From positions 64,001 to 128,000 of the forward strand of contig CAXXHG010000046.1 in assembly GCA_963666315.2 (NCBI GenBank): a stretch of DNA of 64,000 nucleotides. The letters run 5' to 3'. Numbering within the stretch: position 1 is the stretch's first letter; every line of letters starts with the position of its first letter. Made by a program: the position numbers and the translations under genes. Of the stretch, positions 58,972 through 64,000 are shown piece by piece. A model generated the notes under the pieces. It did no database searches. It was not told the DNA's origin and saw nothing but the letters and a program-made list of their open reading frames with translations. The DNA is from Candidatus Binatia bacterium. GTDB taxonomy: Bacteria; Desulfobacterota; Binatia; Bin18.

Positions 58972-60792
58972 CTACCTGGGAATAATCGGCAGTAGGACAT
59001 ACGATGCGCGGTCATCCTGATGGAACACGGTCTGCTGGGCTGACACCCACTGTGTTCCCTCGCCAAACGGCTCGCCCGTATTCAGGTTGCGATCAAACTC
59101 GGGGAAATGGCTGGAGCTGATTTCTAGCCGGATGCGATGGCCCGGCAAGAAGACGTTACTCGTCGCCCATAGATCAATCATAAACTGATACGGCTTGCCC
59201 ACTTCCAGCAATTCAGGCGTGCTCGCCGAGTCCCGATAGCGGGCCCGGATAATGCCATTAAGCAGATTCTGCGCGTAACCGTCTGGATGGACATCAATCA
59301 GTTTGGCCGTGAAGTCAGTATCAACGGCTGAAGAGGATGCCCACAACGTAACCGTTACTGGTCCGGTAATTTCCAACGACTGGGTGAGCGGTTCGGAGGT
59401 ATAGACGAGGACGTCATTGCGTTCTTCGACCGGGCGTTGGTCCTGGACACCCATATCAACCGTAAGATTATTGCCGCCCAGCGACGGAGCAGGATTGTCG
59501 GGGTCATAGACATAGGTGTCTATCTGTTCCTGGCTGGGCGGGACGGTTGAGAGCGTCCCATTGCCGTTCAGTGTGTTCGCCTCGCCGCCACTGTGTAGGA
59601 AGTAACGAACCTGGCGCATATTGGGCGGTGGCCAATTGGACAGATGCTGCCAGCGGTTCTCACCAAGAGTGAAGACGCTGACCGGCGGCTCGTCCATCAT
59701 GCCGTTGTCCACATCTTTGAGCCAATAGTCAAACCAGCGCAGCAAGGTTTCATTCAGGTCGATCAAGGCATTCGGACCAAAATCAATATCGCCTGCGCCA
59801 CGTGAACTCGGCGTGGTATACGGCAGCAAGTGACCCCATGGTCCGATGATCAGCCGTTGGCCGCCCCTCGCCGCTTCAGACTGGCTTTTGGCGGTGATGC
59901 TCTGATAGGCGGCTGGCCCACCCTCAGCAAACGTATCGTACCATGAGGTAACGTGCAGCATGGGCGTACTGATCGTCTCAGCAAAGTGGTTCACATTGGC
60001 CCGGTACCAGTACTCGCCGTCGTCGGCATGCGCGATATGATCCGCCATATACGGGGCGGTTTCTTTGAGCAGCTCGCCCCAGTCTTTGATTGGCAAGTGC
60101 CGATACCATTCATCAGTCAGCGGGGTGAACGCGTTTAAGCCCCAGCGGGTCGTCCGTACTCCGGCTAACTCACCGCCTTCAACATACTCCTTCATTTTTT
60201 CCATCAGATCTCTGCGCCCTTGGCGTTTGAGCGTGTCCAGACCCTTGAATATGGCATACGGCACCATCCAGCCCCACTTCGACACCCCGCCGGTCTGGTA
60301 GATCCAACTGGCATGGTAGTCAGCCGAGGCCGAGACTGGAGCCATGCACTGCAGGGACGGCGGCATAGGGTCATTACACGCAATCAGATATTGCGTCAGC
60401 CCCAAATAAGATTGGCCCGTCATCCCTACCCGTCCATTTGACCACGGCAACCGGGCTGCCCATTCGACGGCATCGTAGCCGTCGGGCGCTTCTTGAAAGA
60501 TCGTGTCGTATTCGCCTTCAGACTCAAAACGGCCGCGACAGTCCTGGGTAATACAGACATAGCCATACTGGGCATACGAGGCATTCAGTCCATTGGGATC
60601 GGCGGAGCCCTTTTTGCCGTACGGGGTGCGGCTTAGCAGGACGGGAAAACGCTCGGCCGAGTCCGGCCGGACCACATCAGCATACAGCGTGAGCCCATCT
60701 CGTGTCTTCATGGGGACATTTTCTTCGGTAGTGACTTTGTATTGTTTGCGCGCTGGGACGATCATACCTGGCTCCTCCTCAGTATGCTTCAT
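58972..60792 (-). CDS. CocE/NonD family hydrolase
   Basis: RTPYGK, QDCRGRFESEG, GQSYLG, WYD, IGPWGH. Confidence 0.95.
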   Translation of the reverse strand: MKHTEEEPGMIVPARKQYKVTTEENVPMKTRDGLTLYADVVRPDSAERFPVLLSRTPYGKKGSADPNGLNASYAQYGYVCITQDCRGRFESEGEYDTIFQEAPDGYDAVEWAARLPWSNGRVGMTGQSYLGLTQYLIACNDPMPPSLQCMAPVSASADYHASWIYQTGGVSKWGWMVPYAIFKGLDTLKRQGRRDLMEKMKEYVEGGELAGVRTTRWGLNAFTPLTDEWYRHLPIKDWGELLKETAPYMADHIAHADDGEYWYRANVNHFAETISTPMLHVTSWYDTFAEGGPAAYQSITAKSQSEAARGGQRLIIGPWGHLLPYTTPSSRGAGDIDFGPNALIDLNETLLRWFDYWLKDVDNGMMDEPPVSVFTLGENRWQHLSNWPPPNMRQVRYFLHSGGEANTLNGNGTLSTVPPSQEQIDTYVYDPDNPAPSLGGNNLTVDMGVQDQRPVEERNDVLVYTSEPLTQSLEITGPVTVTLWASSSAVDTDFTAKLIDVHPDGYAQNLLNGIIRARYRDSASTPELLEVGKPYQFMIDLWATSNVFLPGHRIRLEISSSHFPEFDRNLNTGEPFGEGTQWVSAQQTVFHQDDRASYVLLPIIPR

Positions 60793-60878
60793 AGCACGTA
60801 TGCGTCATACCACCTCAACAATGCGCGCGATACAATTGATACTGCTTCTTTTTGATGCGTATCCATGTAACCAATCCC

Positions 60879-60940
60879 GTAGGTCGGGTTAGCGTAGCGT
60901 AACCCGACACATCAGACTCGGTGCGCAGGCCGCACCCTAC
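60879..60940. repeat. Composite GTAG-type REP pair
   Basis: GTAGGTCGGGTTAGCGTAGCGTAACCCGAC plus GGTGCGCAGGCCGCACCCTAC. Confidence 0.8.
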
Positions 60941-60994
60941 GGGAAGAGTTGTACTGTGACAGTCGAAGAGATAAATAATCCCAGAGGCTAACCT

Positions 60995-63900
60995 ATGACG
61001 TTCGATGAGGTATTGGATCAGGTCCGCGACTTATTGCAGCAACGCGGGCGGGTGACCTATCGGTCACTCAAGCTGCGCTTTCAGCTGGACGATGAAATGC
61101 TCGCAGGTGTGAGCGAAGAGCTCATCGAAGCCGAGCGGGCGGCACGGGACGATAATGGGAAAGTCCTCGTCTGGACCGGCGGCGATGAAGCAGCCGCTAC
61201 GCCAAGTGATACTCCACCCCTTACACCAACTTCCCCGGTGAAATCCTTGAAGCTGGAAGCTGAGCGGCGACAGCTGACGGTCATGTTCTGTGACTTGGTC
61301 AGCTCGACAGCCCTTTCGGAGCAACTCGACCCCGAAGAGCTACGGGAGATAGTGCGCGCCTACCAACAAACCAGTGCAAAAGTCATTGAACGCTACGAGG
61401 GTTATATCGCCCAATATCTGGGCGACGGCATACTTGTGTACTTCGGTTACCCGACTGCTCATGAAGATGATGCCGCGGGAGCCGCACGGGCCGGGTTGGA
61501 AATTGTTGCTGCATTACAAAAGCGAAACGTAGGGGCGACCGGCCGGTCGCCCCTACAAGTACGTATCGGTATCCATACGGGTCCAGTTGTTGTTGGTGCG
61601 ATGGGTGGAGGCGACAGGCAAGAACAGCTGGCCATAGGTGAAACACCGAACATTGCCGCCCGGGTCCAAGGGCAAGCCGAGCCGGATACGGTCGTCATCA
61701 GTGCAACCACATATCAGCTGATACATGGATCGTTCGCCTGTGAAGACCAGGGACCCCAGACACTAAAAGGAATCAGTACTCCACTGTCGCTCTATCGGGT
61801 TACGGAAGAGCGGGCCGTCCAAAGCCGCTTTGAGGCGACGGTTCAAAAGGGTGTAGAGGGCTTATCAGCATTGGTCGGCCGCGAGGAGGAGATCCAGTTC
61901 CTACACGAGCACTGGCAGCGTTCCTGCACAGGGGAAGGTCAGGCCGTGCTGGTAAGTGGGGAGCCCGGCATTGGCAAATCACGGCTCATGCAAGAACTCA
62001 AGGAGAGAGTTGCCAAGGATGCAGGCAGATGTATTGAGTTTCACTGTTCTCCCTATCACACCAACAGCGCCCTGCATCCAGTCATTGAGCATCTGCAACA
62101 ACGACTGCAGTTTGAGCGGGATGACACGGATGAGACCAAGCTGGAAAAACTCTAACACGCGTTCGCCTCTAATCGCTTTGCGAAAACTGATCCCCTGTCT
62201 CTTTCCCTGCTCGCAGCGCTGTTATCACTGCCGCAACCTGAGGACTCTCCTCCACTGGCCTATAGTCCTCAAAAGCAGAAAGAGAAGACTTACGAGACGC
62301 TTGGGCGCTGGCTCGTGGAGGAAGCCGAGGACACTGCCGTATGCTGCCTGTGGGAAGACCTGCACTGGGCCGACCCGTCAACGCTTGAACTGCTGGCCCT
62401 CTACCTGGACCAAGTTCCGACTGCGCGCATGTTGGCCATGCTCGTCTTCCGTCCGGAATTTACACCCCCGTGGACGATCCGGTCGCACATGACCCAATTC
62501 ACACTGAGCCGCTTGGGACAGCCGCACGTGGTAGCGATAATTGAACGCGTGACGGGGGGTAAAGCACTGCCAAACGAGGTCGTGCAGCAAATCGCGGCTA
62601 AGACCGATGGGGTGCCGCTGTTTGTGGAGGAGTTGACCAAGACAGTGCTGGAATCTGACATCGTCCGGGCCGTCAACGGTCACTATGAACTAACAGGTCC
62701 GGTGTCCGCTTTGAGTATTCCCGTCACCTTACAAGACTCGCTCATGGCCCGGTTGGATAGGCTGCCACTGGCCAAAGGGGTGGCGCAATTGGGGGCAACG
62801 ATAGGCCGAGAGTTTAACTATGAACTCCTCCACGCTACAGAGTTACCTGCCGAGGAGGAGCTGCAACAAGGTCTCGAACAATTAGTCCAGGCCGAGTTGG
62901 TTTATCAGCGCGGCTACCTGCCCGATGCTCAGTACACGTTTAAGCATGCGCTGATTCAGGACACAGCGTATCAGTCTTTATTGAAACGCACCCGCCAGCA
63001 GTACCACCGTCAGATTGCCGAAGTCATGGAGCAGCAGTTTGCCGAGCGGGTAAGCGCGCAGCCGGAGCTGCTAGCGCACCATTACACCGAGGCCCAGCTG
63101 ATTGAGCAGGCGCTGCCGTATTGGCTACAAGCCGGGCAGCAGGCCACGCAGCGGTTTGCCAACACCGAAGCTATCCAGCACTTGGACAAAGGTGTCGCGC
63201 TCCTCCAGACTCTGCCCGACAGCCCTGAGCGGGCGCAGCACGAGCTGCCGTTTCATATGGCGTTACAGGCGTCGCTCTTTACCACGACCGGATGGGCCTC
63301 TCCCGAGCTGGGCCGGAGCATGGAACGGGCGTACACCCTGTCTCAGCAGGTTGGCGAGCCCCGGCAGATTTTTGATGTGTTGATGGGGCTGTGCCCATTT
63401 CATATGGGCGGTCAATCTGAGCTGCGGACAAGCCTAGAAGTGGCCGAACAGATGCTGCGCCTGGCCCAGGGGCAGGACGACGCCACCCTCATGCAGAGAG
63501 CCCATTTGATGGTGGCGAATACGCTATTCTATATGGGTAACCTCTCCACGACGCAGATACACCTTGCGCAGGGGCTGGCCCTTGGCGACGCCGTGCAGGA
63601 CGGTTTTATCAAGCAGCTCGGGGCGGACGCGCGGATGGTTCTGCTATCCTACGTCGCGCTGACCCTCTGGGTACAGGGGTTTCCCGAGCAGGCGTTGCAG
63701 CGGAGTACAGAAGCTATAACCCAGGCGCAGGAACTGGGGCACCCCTTCAACTCGGTGATGGGGCTCGAGCTGGCTACGCTGCTCCATGTATTACGTCGCG
63801 AGGCGCAATCGGCCCAAGAGCGAGCTGAGGCGGCTATGACTCTTGCGACGGAGCACGGGTTCCCAATGTACGTGGCCTGGAGCTCTATCCACCACGGCTG

Positions 63901-64000
63901 GGCCGTCGGAGAGCAGGGAGCCCCTGAGGAAGGGAGCGCACTGTTCAAGGAGGCACTCTCCCTCTACCAGGCTCCAGGGATAAAGGGATGGATACCGTTT
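60995..64000 (+). pseudogene. Class III adenylate/guanylate cyclase-AAA ATPase-helical repeat protein with in-frame TAA 62153-62155; runs off the window
   Basis: ERRQLTVMFCDL, LGDG, RIGIHTG, PNIAAR, GEPGIGKS; after the stop the same frame gives EDLHWAD, GVPLFVEE, FKHALIQD. Confidence 0.88.
61529..61556. repeat. Perfect 28-bp GTAG REP palindrome inside coding sequence
   Basis: GTAGGGGCGACCGGCCGGTCGCCCCTAC, read as VGATGRSPL. Confidence 0.9.

Noticed and set aside
9338-62155. Stop-codon reassignment or pyrrolysine explaining the in-frame TAG/TAA codons
   Set aside because: Both TAA and TAG are involved, intact genes here end in all three stops, the sites are non-catalytic, and frameshifts and deletions co-occur; nonsense mutation is simpler.
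1-64000. tRNA, rRNA or riboswitches
   Set aside because: None recognisable by eye, including at the att sites and in the leaders near 8050, 23650 and 47100; an Infernal/Rfam scan would be needed to exclude them.

Overview
Bacterial chromosomal window, dense in catabolic enzymes: hydantoinase/oxoprolinase subunits, CoA-transferases, SDRs, luciferase-like monooxygenases, CocE/NonD hydrolases, an amidase, a phosphotriesterase and Rieske/PhyH oxygenases. The gene repertoire and repeat families resemble Binatia/Tectomicrobia-type genomes (inference only). It has many type II toxin-antitoxin genes, several families of palindromic REP-like repeats and about 15 disrupted or remnant genes. Top finding: an ~8.0 kb integrative element (41445-49488) bounded by a perfect 24-bp direct repeat. 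It sits inside the yoeB toxin gene at the yefM/yoeB overlap, with a tyrosine-integrase remnant and matched 19-bp arm-like repeats. Other findings: a TA island bracketed by an ~88% identical duplicate of an SDR 3' end, containing an uncalled Fst/Ldr-like peptide; a UGA-selenocysteine PrdB/GrdB-like gene with a SECIS; a remnant resembling a DGR variable region beside an IS256-like end; a template-switch palindrome that inactivated a GST gene; and a perfect REP palindrome translated inside an adenylate cyclase. No rRNA, tRNA or CRISPR array was seen. All family calls come from motif recognition by eye, not database searches.
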